A stretch of 64,000 bases of DNA from a virus (taxonomy: Duplodnaviria > Heunggongvirae > Uroviricota > Caudoviricetes). The stretch is from IMG/VR virus record IMGVR_UViG_2681813421_000002, positions 1 through 64,000 of that record; one strand, given 5' to 3'. The notes beneath the pieces were generated by a model. The model did not search any database. It had not been told where the DNA came from and saw only the letters and a list, made by a program, of their open reading frames with translations. Numbering within the stretch: position 1 is the stretch's first letter; the number at the start of each line of letters is the position of its first letter. The position numbers and the translations under genes are program-made. This document shows positions 20,187 to 30,552 of the stretch, one piece after another.

Positions 20187-22477
20187 TTCATTATTGCAAT
20201 TATATCGTTAGCAACTACACGTGTTGACGCCTTGCAGGAAACCGACCGTCTGGCTGCCATATGATGTACTTTAAACCCGTTTCCTTCATATAGTTCACGG
20301 ATGTTTGGTGCACCACTATTTGTAATCACTACCTTAGCGCCGCGCTGGTGGGCTTCCACCAATAGAGATACCAGCCGTTTCTGTTCGTCGAAACGGAAGC
20401 TATTTCCTGAATAACTGGTAAACCCTTCTGTATCCGGCAGCGGTTCATACGGCGGATCGCAAAAAATCACATCTCCTTCACCAGCCGCCTCGATGACGCC
20501 AGCAAAGTCACCTGATACAAAGGACGTGTTTTTGAGTACGTCATCAGCCAAAAATGCCTCCATCTCTGCATGTGGGAAGTAGGGCGCTTTGTATTTGCCA
20601 TACCCCACGTTGAACTCGCCATTTTGGTTGTACCGCGTTACGCCATTAAAACAGTGCCGATTAAGGTACAAAAAGGCGGCAGCATGATGTAGCTGGTCAT
20701 ACTTTCCTCTGTTAAATGCCTCACGCACTTCGAGGTAAGCGTCAGCGTTGTTGTAATTTTGGAAAAAACTATATGACAGCGTGACGAGCGAATGTCCTTC
20801 TCGCTGCAATGTCTGATAGAAGTTAATCAGGTCACCGTTAATATCATTAAGCAGGTTGTGGCGAAATCCTGCATTCGTAAATACAGAACCGCCACCAACG
20901 AACGGTTCTATTAACCGCTTGCCGTGTGGTAGATGCTCAAGCACTGTAGGCAACTCTGAGAATTTACCGCCTACCCATTTGAAGATCGGACGCTCATATT
21001 CATCCGGAGTCCGGAGTTTTCTTGTGTAGGTAATGGTATTTATTGTTTTTGGCTGTTTAGCTTCCACAGTCGCAAGAATGCGACACCCAATCCATTGCAT
21101 AACAGGAACTGCCATGCTGTTGCCAATCGCTTTGTAACGCGGCCCGTCAGCAGCGAGCATCGCGGCCTCTTCTTCGCTTAAATCTGGATAGTGATTGCGA
21201 AGGTATGCCAGTTCATCTGAGGAAATTGTTTTACGCTTTTCCGTAGGGATCAACGTATGCCCATCAGGAAAACCTTGCAGCCTTTCACATTCGACAGGGG
21301 TAAGACGGCGGACAGCTACTTCTGCGTTTCTTACTTCATAGCAAACGGCTGTTGGATTTTGAGCCATTAGAGATGGTGAAGTATTCTTAGTTGCAGCATG
21401 TTGTGTACCGCTCATACGCTCAGGAAAAGCTAATGTAACAAGATGCTCATGGCTTTCTTGCTCACGCGCCCGCAATGTACCATGCCCCTCTGACCAAAAA
21501 CCTGCTCCTGTGCTGCTAAAAACGGCAAGGTCAGTGGCATCTTTAAAGTCTCTTGCCTTTACTGTCGATGCGGTTTCATCGTCAATATATTCCCCAAATG
21601 CCGCCATCCTGAAAGCGTTTACGGCTTTCGTCGATTTCATACCGGGGGGCATGTCAGCGTGTAGGCATGGATTTAGGCTTTCGCCACTGATTGCAGCGCC
21701 ATTTGCAATAATGGCGGAAGCGATTTCCTTCTTTTTTCGGCTCGGCGCAATATTCCGGCGCACGCCTTCGAACTCAAAAAGTATCGTTGCGGGATCGAGG
21801 TCTGTTCGAGCACTTGCGACAACAAACACGCGTCGGCGTCGTTGCGCCACTCCGAAGTATTGGGCATCAAGGATTCTCCAGGCCACTTTTCGCTGCGGTC
21901 CATAAATACAACCACACTGCGGCCACTTTGGAGCATGGCAACTGGTTTTGACATCCCACCGCCAGAACGCGTTACTTTTTCGCGATTCAGGTCGAGCACC
22001 TGGTTCGAATGGCGCATCTTCTCCAGCCAATCCGGCAAGGAAACATCCGAAGGCGTTATCTGCCGATGACAAGACTCCTGGGACATTTTCCCAGACGATA
22101 ACGGCTGGTTTGAGAAATGACTCAGCCCGTTTGTCGTCAATTGCATTTGCAAGCTCCACATACTTTAAAGTTAGCGCGCCACGCTCATCATCAAGCCCAC
22201 CACGTAATCCAGCGATACTGAATGCCTGACAAGGTGTTCCCCCGACGAGCACATCAGGGGATTCGATTTCCCCAGCCAGGACTTTTTTGGCAAGTTTTGT
22301 CATATCGCCAAGGTTGGCGACATGGGGCCAGCGGTGCGCAAGAACGGCAGATGGAAAAGGCTCGATTTCAGCAAACCACGCCGGACGCATACCCAACGGT
22401 TCCCAGGCAATGCTCGCTGCTTCAATTCCACTGCAAACTGAACCATATCTAAGGTTAACGTTCTGCTTCACCACCAA
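20183..22477 (-). CDS. dmt: Bifunctional DNA methyltransferase: N-terminal C5-cytosine MTase fused to C-terminal Dam-like N6-adenine MTase
   Basis: N-terminal motifs SGIE/FxGxG-like, PCQ ([11 protein letters not shown]), ENV (ENVPG), [16 protein letters not shown]; C-terminal FVGGGS and DPPY; 764 aa. Confidence 0.85.
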   Translation of the reverse strand: MVVKQNVNLRYGSVCSGIEAASIAWEPLGMRPAWFAEIEPFPSAVLAHRWPHVANLGDMTKLAKKVLAGEIESPDVLVGGTPCQAFSIAGLRGGLDDERGALTLKYVELANAIDDKRAESFLKPAVIVWENVPGVLSSADNAFGCFLAGLAGEDAPFEPGARPESRKSNAFWRWDVKTSCHAPKWPQCGCIYGPQRKVAWRILDAQYFGVAQRRRRVFVVASARTDLDPATILFEFEGVRRNIAPSRKKKEIASAIIANGAAISGESLNPCLHADMPPGMKSTKAVNAFRMAAFGEYIDDETASTVKARDFKDATDLAVFSSTGAGFWSEGHGTLRAREQESHEHLVTLAFPERMSGTQHAATKNTSPSLMAQNPTAVCYEVRNAEVAVRRLTPVECERLQGFPDGHTLIPTEKRKTISSDELAYLRNHYPDLSEEEAAMLAADGPRYKAIGNSMAVPVMQWIGCRILATVEAKQPKTINTITYTRKLRTPDEYERPIFKWVGGKFSELPTVLEHLPHGKRLIEPFVGGGSVFTNAGFRHNLLNDINGDLINFYQTLQREGHSLVTLSYSFFQNYNNADAYLEVREAFNRGKYDQLHHAAAFLYLNRHCFNGVTRYNQNGEFNVGYGKYKAPYFPHAEMEAFLADDVLKNTSFVSGDFAGVIEAAGEGDVIFCDPPYEPLPDTEGFTSYSGNSFRFDEQKRLVSLLVEAHQRGAKVVITNSGAPNIRELYEGNGFKVHHMAARRSVSCKASTRVVANDIIAIMK

Positions 22478-23360
22478 CGGCCTCCACTAGCGAAGTGAAC
22501 ATCGCGGATAATTCAGCAGTAAACAGGATAAAGTCAGCGTCAAATCGTTGCGCAACATCCTCTCGATCAATATCGTCGTTCTGGTCGTACAATTCGTCGC
22601 TGAACGACAAAGCCTTGATACTCATATCGTCATTCAGTCTGAAAAATGCACGGTCTTGCCAGTTAACCGCAACTGTGGTTGCAACCTTACCAGCTTCTAT
22701 ATGACTCATGATCTCGTCGGATAGCAGGTCCACTTTTTTGCAGCGGACCGCGCCGCCATCATCAAGCAATGCTTTTAAGGTCGCTTCCTCACCGGCACGG
22801 AAACCGTTCGGGAAGCCATTTTTAATCCAGCCAGTGATGGTCAGTTCTAATGGGTCTTTCGGAGAGAAGGGGACAACGGGCAAGCTGCCAAGCGATTTCC
22901 GTAACAAAGCCAGCTGATCCTCTGCTTTTTTAGCACTGCTGGCCTCGACAAAAACCAGATGATTGCTTCGGTCTATCAGGATTTTAGCTACTGATTTTCT
23001 CGTGAAAGCGCGAGGAAGAAGAGAGTGAAGCACTTCATCCTTCAGCGAATCTTTTTCGGTCTTCTTCAGCTTTCTGTCTTGCTCTTCTTCAAGTTTCAGG
23101 ATTTTTTTCTGTAACTCTTCTTTGAGTACTTGAGAAGGTAGGATTTTTTCCTCTCGTTTATGCTGCATCAGAAGAAAACCCTGGTATTCATGGGTGAGGT
23201 TGTCGCCAAGAACGGGGGTCCAACCAGCTTTAGCCATATCCTGAGAACCGCATGGGGTAAACACAAACTTGCTAAGGGCTGCATTTACTTCTGCAGTATC
23301 CCAGCTAACTTCGCGTGAAAGACGATAGATGAAGATATTTTTGAAAGCGACTGATCTCAT
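22455..23360 (-). CDS. rdgC: Recombination-associated protein RdgC homologue (P1 hrdC-like)
   Basis: Colinear with E. coli RdgC as recalled ([69 protein letters not shown]). Confidence 0.9.
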   Translation of the reverse strand: MRSVAFKNIFIYRLSREVSWDTAEVNAALSKFVFTPCGSQDMAKAGWTPVLGDNLTHEYQGFLLMQHKREEKILPSQVLKEELQKKILKLEEEQDRKLKKTEKDSLKDEVLHSLLPRAFTRKSVAKILIDRSNHLVFVEASSAKKAEDQLALLRKSLGSLPVVPFSPKDPLELTITGWIKNGFPNGFRAGEEATLKALLDDGGAVRCKKVDLLSDEIMSHIEAGKVATTVAVNWQDRAFFRLNDDMSIKALSFSDELYDQNDDIDREDVAQRFDADFILFTAELSAMFTSLVEAVGGEAER

Positions 23361-23371
23361 GTCTCACCATA

Positions 23372-23406
23372 TGTGTTAGAAAATACATATTAATTATCTA
23401 ACACAA
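23372..23406. promoter_or_regulatory. Palindromic operator pair TGTGTTAGA-N17-TCTAACACA upstream of rdgC-dmt
   Basis: Two inverted copies of the TCTAACA core in the 60-bp leader of rdgC. Confidence 0.5.
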
Positions 23407-23419
23407 ATGGGTGCATTTT

Positions 23420-24073
23420 CTATCCTTTCTTGAAATCGAAGTTGCTAGCAGTGGCCTGAAAGGTTCCTCCTGCCTTGAAAGCTATGTCTCCGTTAGCGGT
23501 GACAGCAATATTTTCCCCTTTAACATTGATGTTGTTGGCTGATTTGACGTTAACACTCCCTCCTGCATTCACGATTACATCAGCCGGACCAATGATATAT
23601 ATCTGCCCGGACTCATTCATGCCAATCCTTGAGCCTGCAGCCGTATTGGCAATTTCATAGCCGCCACCAGCAGTTCGTACTTCAAGAATATTGTTGCGGT
23701 GAATAACGAAGTCTTTCGTTGCTGAGATTTGGGGGCGGGGAGGCGCTCCATCTACTTCCGGCGGCGTCCAGCCGTTGCCTTTGCCAGATGCTTCTGGTGC
23801 AACGTTTGGAATTCCTCCCGGTGCATCCTGAGCGGCACCAACTATCATTGGGCGTCTGGTGTCTATTCGACCGTTAACATCTAAATAAGGAAACTCTACC
23901 CAGACCAGGTCACCTTTGACTGTGGGTACAAAAGCGTTTCCGATGGGTAACAGGTATTCCGCCCAGGGTAGATCGTCATCAGGAACGCCATTCCAGTCAG
24001 GTAAAACACGGACTTGAGCACGCATAAGCCCTGCCGGGTGCACAGTTCCAACAATTTGCGCTCTACGCTTCAT
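23420..24073 (-). CDS. Baseplate central spike protein (gpV/gp5-like OB-fold plus beta-helix)
   Basis: N-terminal OB-fold-like IVGTVHP...RVLPDW...GDLVWVEF and C-terminal beta-helix-like repeats VNVKSANNINVKGENIAVTANGDIAFKAGG. Confidence 0.6.
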   Translation of the reverse strand: MKRRAQIVGTVHPAGLMRAQVRVLPDWNGVPDDDLPWAEYLLPIGNAFVPTVKGDLVWVEFPYLDVNGRIDTRRPMIVGAAQDAPGGIPNVAPEASGKGNGWTPPEVDGAPPRPQISATKDFVIHRNNILEVRTAGGGYEIANTAAGSRIGMNESGQIYIIGPADVIVNAGGSVNVKSANNINVKGENIAVTANGDIAFKAGGTFQATASNFDFKKG

Positions 24074-25050
24074 TTGTTCGGCACTCCCAATATCATTCGT
24101 GTTGTGTAGCCTACGCGGTCTTCAAAGTGCGCAACATTTTTTACTATCAGCTTACGGGGCATTGATTCATCAATGCGGTTTTCCTGGTCATAGCGGTATA
24201 CGATAATCTCTATCACCATCCCCGGTTTTATATCAGGATTGCCTGCGACTTCTATATCCATTTTGGGGACGAGAGACAGCTGCATATTGCGAAGAGTTTC
24301 CATATCAGAGTCGGATATATAACGCACTGGGAGTGAGCTATCGCCATATTCGACGTAGCCATCGGTCATGGAATACCCAACAAAACGATATTGATTCTTT
24401 GCTGTTGTCGCATGTTCCTGTTGGAGTAGGCGCATTTTGGACAAAGTGTATTCTGCTTTAGGGTTATTCCCCTCGTAGGTAAATGATGGCGTTTGCTTCA
24501 TCAGATCAGCCAGGGTGTAAAAGTTAAATTCCCCCCGGCATACCCAACATAATGCACCTTTGTCTCGCGCTATCTCCGAAAGCATTTTTGACGGTTTGTC
24601 ACCGGCATTCAGATGATATGTAACTGCGCGTTTTAGCACGCTGCTGGTAATTTTAAGCTTGCCGGAATATGCCTTGAATATAGCGTCTGGTGTTTTGTTG
24701 GTATGTAAATTTGTGCGCGGGGAGGGGATCTTAAACCTGCGCACGTCTTCACTGACAGCAATAACGGTAACAACATCACCAGCCAGCATTGCAGACGTAA
24801 CAAAGAAATCTGTTTTAAAAGTGCCTGCATTACCGTTTGGATCGCCCATTTCAGCCACCAGCGATGCACCGTATTTGGCTTTCCAGTCATCAATTACGGT
24901 GCCGGTAGCGTCATGAATTTCCAGTTTTAGCAAAGGGGCTTTGAGGCTGGTTTTTTCTACATATACTGCGGTAAAAATCCAGTCTCGTGGCACTTTGTTA
25001 TCGTTAATGAGCACTGACTGTAGAAAATATTGTTGTAACTCCTGGGCCAC
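24070..25050 (-). CDS. Baseplate protein, unassigned
   Basis: 326-aa ORF overlapping spike gene start by 4 nt; co-directional baseplate block. Confidence 0.45.
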   Translation of the reverse strand: MAQELQQYFLQSVLINDNKVPRDWIFTAVYVEKTSLKAPLLKLEIHDATGTVIDDWKAKYGASLVAEMGDPNGNAGTFKTDFFVTSAMLAGDVVTVIAVSEDVRRFKIPSPRTNLHTNKTPDAIFKAYSGKLKITSSVLKRAVTYHLNAGDKPSKMLSEIARDKGALCWVCRGEFNFYTLADLMKQTPSFTYEGNNPKAEYTLSKMRLLQQEHATTAKNQYRFVGYSMTDGYVEYGDSSLPVRYISDSDMETLRNMQLSLVPKMDIEVAGNPDIKPGMVIEIIVYRYDQENRIDESMPRKLIVKNVAHFEDRVGYTTRMILGVPNK

Positions 25051-25053
25051 TTA

Positions 25054-25821
25054 TCACCCCATAGATATCGAGGTTTCGGTAATAATACGTTTTGCGTCCA
25101 ACTCCCATGCTGTGATCACGTCTGTAATCACACTTATCGGCGCTTGTGTGGCATAAATACGCTCTTCTCCAATTGGTGCTGAAACATCCGTAAAGCCGAC
25201 TTCTTTGGCATCCTGTATCGAGCAAATCAGCGGGACCGGGACACGAACAAGGTGAGTGGTTGCTTCAAATTGTGTACCTGTCATCAGGCGAAGCCGTGCG
25301 CCCAGCGAATTACACATCAGACTCATGGTCGCTTTATCAGTTGCCATTAACGTAACGTCATACGTCAGAATGGCCTGGGTGTATTCCAGTTCTGCTAAAG
25401 GCATTCCGGTATCTGGTTCGCAAAAACTGGCTACTTTTTTGCGGTCAATCTGCTGATCATCGTTGATATAATTGATATCCATAGTGCGTGAGATATTGAC
25501 CAGGGGGAGAGCATCCCGGTTAATGTTCTGGTTTTCAGGTTTTCTCCCTTGCCCGGCATTTGCGCGACGAACTGCTTTAAGAAACTCGATCGCATTGTCG
25601 AAACGGGCCATATAGACACGCTCTGCTGGTGGACGATTCAGGAATGACGCAAAGCGTTTTTCTTCCGGCGCGGGGGCCACCAGTAAGATATCAGAAAAAA
25701 TGTTGCTGATTAGCGTCGCAAACGCGTTATCCACGTTTTCAAAGCCCGTGGTCTGGAATTTTCCTGTGCGTAAGGTTTGCCATTCACCGGTTCGCGCCAG
25801 GAGGGTTTTATTTGAAGTCAT
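25054..25821 (-). CDS. Baseplate/tail protein, unassigned
   Basis: 255-aa ORF in same block. Confidence 0.45.
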   Translation of the reverse strand: MTSNKTLLARTGEWQTLRTGKFQTTGFENVDNAFATLISNIFSDILLVAPAPEEKRFASFLNRPPAERVYMARFDNAIEFLKAVRRANAGQGRKPENQNINRDALPLVNISRTMDINYINDDQQIDRKKVASFCEPDTGMPLAELEYTQAILTYDVTLMATDKATMSLMCNSLGARLRLMTGTQFEATTHLVRVPVPLICSIQDAKEVGFTDVSAPIGEERIYATQAPISVITDVITAWELDAKRIITETSISMG

Positions 25822-26621
25822 TCGATCACTCCGTTTTGAGTCGTATCAAAATTTCTGGCAGGTATGCAGTAGTAAAGCGAACCAACATGCTGTGTGCCGT
25901 AGCTAAAAATACGGTGCACGTACCACCAGCGGCGGGCTACGCCGTTTACCATCTCTTCATTCCATTCAAGAATTGAGCCGACGGGGACGTTATTTGCTGC
26001 AATACGCAGAATCAGAACATCATCGGTTAAGCCATCCTGCTCACCGTCTGCGTCAATCGCATGGAAAGAGTCACGCCCGTCAGGGTTATCCAGCACATAA
26101 ACGATTTCAGGTTCCTGGTAAGTCAGTTCGCGTTGGTTGTTATCCAGTTCAGTGAATGACTCTTCTCCTGTTTCGTCGCTGACTACCCCATATGTGCCAA
26201 CATCTGGTCGATATAAGAGAGCCTGAAACGCGTCTGGGCTGGATTCAATAATCAGCATCCAGTCTGCGCGGATTTGGTCGTTAAAGGCTTTATGCCCGTT
26301 ATAGCGTGCTTTTAACTGTGGAGTCGGTTCTCTCCCAGCCAGGGAAGATGGAAGTATGGCTATATCTGATTCGCCAGCATCCGAAGTAAGGCCACCGTTG
26401 CTATCAGCAAAATTATCATGGCTATCAGCTTTGGCGGCGGGTTGCTCTTCCAGAATGCTGAATGAATCCGAACCGGTATTGCCATGTTCCGGCGCGCCTC
26501 CTGCATTCGCTTCAATCGGTGCTGGCGTTTCTCTCTGCGTGCTGTCATGTTCTGACTCCTTACTTGCCAGGTTTGCATCGTCAGCAAACCATTCGTCAAA
26601 ACGGCCCATAAGCATCCTCAA
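25818..26621 (-). CDS. Acidic tail/baseplate protein, unassigned
   Basis: 267 aa, Asp/Glu-rich N-terminal half; first gene of minus-strand block. Confidence 0.45.
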   Translation of the reverse strand: MRMLMGRFDEWFADDANLASKESEHDSTQRETPAPIEANAGGAPEHGNTGSDSFSILEEQPAAKADSHDNFADSNGGLTSDAGESDIAILPSSLAGREPTPQLKARYNGHKAFNDQIRADWMLIIESSPDAFQALLYRPDVGTYGVVSDETGEESFTELDNNQRELTYQEPEIVYVLDNPDGRDSFHAIDADGEQDGLTDDVLILRIAANNVPVGSILEWNEEMVNGVARRWWYVHRIFSYGTQHVGSLYYCIPARNFDTTQNGVIE

Positions 26622-26771
26622 AGGTCGATCTGTCAGGTATCGAAAGGAAGATTTTCGGGAGATTGTGATTTTGGATGAAGGAGGGGGAATTCATAAAATG
26701 CACTTGCGCACAGTGCAACAGTGCGCTATAGTTATGGCATTCGGTAATCATCACGGAGGATCAAATGACTA

Positions 26772-27074
26772 ATGACCAAAAAAATTAACATAAAGGATTT
26801 CAGGGATGCGTGGCTTGATGATTTTTTTGAATTTTCAACACCACATAGAAAGATACCTCCTGATATTCATATGACATTGTCACGGAAGTTGGACATTATC
26901 AATGCCGCAACTACCTGTAAGGATTTAAGATCACCACCAGGTAATCGGTATGAGGAACTGTCAGGGAAGCTAAATGGCTATTCATCAGTAAGGGTGAATA
27001 AGCAATATAGGTTAATTTTTAAGTGGGTTAACGGAAAGGCCGAGGACTTGTATCTCGACCCTCACAAATACTAA
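26772..27074 (+). CDS. higB: HigB-type toxin (plasmid killer protein family, RelE/ParE superfamily)
   Basis: C-terminal KDLRSPPGNRYEELSGKLNGYSSVRVNKQYRLIFKWVNG...DYH-like pattern characteristic of HigB killer proteins. Confidence 0.8.
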   Translation: MTKKINIKDFRDAWLDDFFEFSTPHRKIPPDIHMTLSRKLDIINAATTCKDLRSPPGNRYEELSGKLNGYSSVRVNKQYRLIFKWVNGKAEDLYLDPHKY

Positions 27075-27144
27075 AACAGATACCCGGTTACGGACCGGGT
27101 TCTGACCAGAGTCCACTTAATACGCACGCTAGTAAGGGCAAAAA

Positions 27145-27483
27145 ATGAAACAGGCAACCAGAAAACCGACGACCGTAGGTGATATCCTGCTGTACGAATA
27201 CCTGGAGCCGTTAGAGCTGAAGATCAACGAGTTAGCAGAAATACTTCATGTTCATCGTAACACCGTAAGTGCTCTTGTTAATAATAATCGTAAGCTAACG
27301 ATGGATATGGCATATCGCCTGGCAAAAGCATTCGATACTTCTGTAGATTTTTGGATTAATCTCCAGACCGCAGTAGACCTGTGGGAAGTCGAAAATGACA
27401 TGCGCGTTCAGGAAGAGTTAAGTCGTATCAATACTGCTGAAAAATTTATTTCTCAGCGGAACCTGAATAAAAAAGCAGCCTGA
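27145..27483 (+). CDS. higA: HigA antitoxin (XRE-family HTH)
   Basis: HTH LKINELAEILHVHRNTVSALVNN immediately downstream of higB; antidote-family architecture. Confidence 0.8.
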   Translation: MKQATRKPTTVGDILLYEYLEPLELKINELAEILHVHRNTVSALVNNNRKLTMDMAYRLAKAFDTSVDFWINLQTAVDLWEVENDMRVQEELSRINTAEKFISQRNLNKKAA

Positions 27484-27502
27484 TATAGTAAAACACATAC
27501 AA

Positions 27503-27529
27503 AAAGCCCACTTAACAAGTGGGCTTTCC
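27503..27529 (+). terminator. Hairpin after higA (candidate terminator)
   Basis: AAGCCCAC-ttaacaa-GTGGGCTT stem-loop followed by T-rich tract. Confidence 0.45.
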
Positions 27530-27899
27530 TTTGGAATTAATGAACATTAAAACTATCCGTACAGAACAAGATTATGAGGCCGCACTGCGTGCGGTAGAAC
27601 CGATGTTCGATAACGAACCGGAAACGAACACCCCGGAAGGTAATTTCTTGGAGGTTATGTGTCTTCTCATTGAGGAGTACGAGAAAAAACATTACCCAAT
27701 TGAGCCGCCATCACCTATTGAAGCCATTAAATCCCGTATGGAATAGCAAGGGTTGACCGTGAAGGATCTGGAACCGGCGATTGGTAAGTCAAATCGTGTT
27801 TACGAAGTGCTAAATGGGACACGAAATTTAACGTTACCTATGATTCGTCGTTTACATTCCCAGTTTGGCATTCCTCTTGAAAGCCTAGTTGGTGTTTAA
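27519..27899 (+). pseudogene. Orphan HigA/YgjM-type antitoxin interrupted by in-frame TAG at 27744-27746
   Basis: ORF 27519-27746 and the in-frame continuation 27747-27899 together resemble E. coli HigA(YgjM): N-terminal NIKTIRTEQDYEAAL domain and C-terminal HTH GLTVKDLEPAIGKSNRVYEVLNGTRNLTLPMIRRL; no partner toxin adjacent; start overlaps upstream terminator hairpin. Confidence 0.55.
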
Positions 27900-27959
27900 G
27901 TTTGGCAGTCTGGAGGGCCGATTTTACATAAAATCAAGGTTTAAATATTTGGTGATTAT

Positions 27960-28700
27960 ATGAGCACTGATTCATCAATAGAAAAGGAAAATGAAAAATC
28001 ATCCGCCCAAAATCTGATAGAAGATGCTGTAAAAGATAAGTTGTTTAATAAGGTTTTTGCCTACATTTTTATTTCATTTTTAATTTCTAACTGGCGAGAT
28101 ATATTTATATTGTTGAAGTCAAAAGATGATGTTATGTATACATTATCTATGGTGTTTGTTGGGGAAAAGATTCCATTATTTGGGAATGTTTTTGTACCCT
28201 CATTCGTAGCTCATTTTGTCTTGCCTTTTATTTATGGTGTTGTGGCTTCAATATTAGCCCCAATGTTAACTTTACTAATTTCTATGGTGACTGGCACAAT
28301 ATACGCTAAATTGAGAGAGATAGATAAAATTGAAGACAAAAAAGAACAAGTAAGAAAAATTAACAGAGACATTAATGATCTTACTAAGAAACGGAAAGAC
28401 GTTGAAGAGCGTCTTGAAAAAGAAAAAGAAGAACATGAATCATTAAAAAGAAAGGTAGAAGAAGTTAGGGAACAGATTGAATGTGTGGATAGCGATATCC
28501 GTCATGTTATTAAATTATATAGAGAGAAAGGTGAGAGCTTAAATTCGTTGGATGATTTTTATGAATTTTTTACTGCCGTGAAAAACTCATCTTTTCGTTC
28601 GGGTGATACAAATGACAGGGAGACACTTGAGGAGATTCTCTCAAAGCTTTCTGATTCACTTGAAAAAATTAAATGCGATGCTAATAAAAAGGTGGGATAA
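27960..28700 (+). CDS. Membrane protein with C-terminal coiled-coil, AT-rich accessory gene
   Basis: 246 aa; 2-3 hydrophobic helices (residues about 30-110) then Lys/Glu-rich heptad region; gene visibly more AT-rich than surroundings. Confidence 0.55.
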   Translation: MSTDSSIEKENEKSSAQNLIEDAVKDKLFNKVFAYIFISFLISNWRDIFILLKSKDDVMYTLSMVFVGEKIPLFGNVFVPSFVAHFVLPFIYGVVASILAPMLTLLISMVTGTIYAKLREIDKIEDKKEQVRKINRDINDLTKKRKDVEERLEKEKEEHESLKRKVEEVREQIECVDSDIRHVIKLYREKGESLNSLDDFYEFFTAVKNSSFRSGDTNDRETLEEILSKLSDSLEKIKCDANKKVG

Positions 28701-28711
28701 ACCCACCTTTG

Positions 28712-29902
28712 TTAATTTTTTATGTACTCCATGAACATTTTTTCAGCTTGTGCTGGTGGTGTTCCAGCCATGACAAGCGCATCAATGAACGCCTGCTTCT
28801 TCAGTGCGAACTGATCGGCAAGGCGTTGCTGAAGTTCCTTATTTTTCTGTTTCTCACGTTGCAAGGCCGCTTCTTTTGCAGCCGCCCGTTTTTTCTGTGC
28901 GTCTGACAACTTTCTGGCCCTGGTCAATTGGTCACGTAGCTTGTCGATATTGCCGTTGTCCTTTGCCAGTTTTGTACTTAAAGCTGCCTGGCGCTTCTGA
29001 TAGAGCCTCCATTCGCGTTTGGCGGCTTCAACGTTTGTTTTACTGCTTCGATTGCGATTAAACTCCTTCTCGTCTTCTTTTGAGAAGTGTTTGGTTGTAC
29101 GGCGGCGATCGTCACCAAATGCAATTTGCGTTGCAGCCTTTTGTAGCGCACGAGCAATACTCATTTGCCAACTGGCGGACTGTAACCGCGTCATTGAGTG
29201 GATCACGTGTTTACAGGCGACGCCTTGCAGCTTCGGGTTGCGAACTTTTGGATAGGCGTATTCTTTTGGCGGGGCCAGGGCAAAGTTACCCGCAGTAGCG
29301 ATGTAACGATACCAGTATTGATGACGACCACAGTCACAATCGAAAGACACTCGCCCGGCGCACAGTGATTTAGTGATTTTGAGAGCTGATTTATCGTCTT
29401 CTGCGATGTCATCGACCATCTGATCCCATTCTTCAAAGCGTATCCGGACGATATGGTGCTGGTGGACGGATATATCCGATGCTTCTACGCGGATATTAAT
29501 CACGTTGTGGCGAAGAGATACGGGGGTAGCTCTTTTGATACCAGATCCGTCATCCACGGCGTTATTTGCACGCTTAATATCGATTGCCTGGCTGGATGCC
29601 ACCAGCTGGGCGTATGTGATGCCAGCCGTCTTGCTGTCATATTTTTCGCGTGTTTTACTCCGTAGCTTTTCGAAACCTTTCAGGTCGTCTCGCGTGAAGA
29701 ACGTGCCGCCTTTTTTCTTCCCTAACTTGAGAATATCTTCGGCGGATTTGTTCCTCAGTCCACCTGGCGTCAGCGTCCGGTGAGCTTGTCGGCGCTTACG
29801 GGTTTGTTCTTTCCTGATAATCTCGAATATACGCGTGAAGTCCTTAGAGGACAGACCGTCAGTGATATAGCGCCCGTCCTGGTTTTTCAGGAAATCAGGC
29901 AT
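28712..29902 (-). CDS. SWIM-type zinc-finger protein with basic coiled-coil tail
   Basis: CDCGRHQYW...CKHVIH resembles SWIM CxCxnCxH finger; C-terminal 120 aa Lys/Arg/Gln-rich coiled coil. Confidence 0.5.
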   Translation of the reverse strand: MPDFLKNQDGRYITDGLSSKDFTRIFEIIRKEQTRKRRQAHRTLTPGGLRNKSAEDILKLGKKKGGTFFTRDDLKGFEKLRSKTREKYDSKTAGITYAQLVASSQAIDIKRANNAVDDGSGIKRATPVSLRHNVINIRVEASDISVHQHHIVRIRFEEWDQMVDDIAEDDKSALKITKSLCAGRVSFDCDCGRHQYWYRYIATAGNFALAPPKEYAYPKVRNPKLQGVACKHVIHSMTRLQSASWQMSIARALQKAATQIAFGDDRRRTTKHFSKEDEKEFNRNRSSKTNVEAAKREWRLYQKRQAALSTKLAKDNGNIDKLRDQLTRARKLSDAQKKRAAAKEAALQREKQKNKELQQRLADQFALKKQAFIDALVMAGTPPAQAEKMFMEYIKN

Positions 29903-30224
29903 TTTCTATCTCCGGTTCCGCGCTTGCGTAATCACGGATCTTGTTCCTCAGCCATGCCACATCAGGAAGAGTTAACGTGGTCCCTGCGGGCATTTCTTCC
30001 ATTTCTGACTCATGGCCCACCAGCACCCGGAATACCCAGCGCAAATCTGCATTGCCATACGCCCTGTAGGCTGCAAGGTCTGAACGATATACTTCATCAA
30101 TCTTTATCGTGTACTGGAAATTATCAGAGTGATACTCCGATACCCGCTTAATCATTTCCTGGTGAAACAGCGCACGAAAAATATCGTCTTCAATGTACCT
30201 ATCGTCGAGTCTGCTATAGCCCAT
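29895..30224 (-). CDS. Hypothetical protein, operon partner of SWIM protein
   Basis: 109-aa ORF whose stop overlaps SWIM gene start by 8 nt. Confidence 0.45.
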   Translation of the reverse strand: MGYSRLDDRYIEDDIFRALFHQEMIKRVSEYHSDNFQYTIKIDEVYRSDLAAYRAYGNADLRWVFRVLVGHESEMEEMPAGTTLTLPDVAWLRNKIRDYASAEPEIENA

Positions 30225-30417
30225 AACAAAGCCTCTCAGTCATAACCTGGTGGAAACTGTATGCAGGGTGTGAAATGCGAGAAACAGACAGGCCACCAGT
30301 TCAGGGGGATGTGGTTCATAAATCCCCTCACTGGTGACAAGTGACTTTCATTAATCTTTATGCGGGGGCCAGCTTCATTTGCTGGCATTAGATTAAAAAT
30401 TAAACGGAGTGAATGAC

Positions 30418-30552
30418 ATGGATGTTATCTTCGAATTATTAATGCTAATTGATCTGTTTATGAACGCTTCATTGACCACGCAAATACTGGCGTCAATATT
30501 TTTGTTACTCTTCTACCTGGTATTGAGGGAGTTAACAAAGCTACTAATGTGA
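30418..30552 (+). CDS. Small hydrophobic protein (44 aa), candidate membrane toxin
   Basis: ATG at 30418 with GGAG RBS 8 nt upstream; product MDVIFELLMLIDLFMNASLTTQILASIFLLLFYLVLRELTKLLM is a single predicted TM helix; below ORF-track cutoff. Confidence 0.3.
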   Translation: MDVIFELLMLIDLFMNASLTTQILASIFLLLFYLVLRELTKLLM

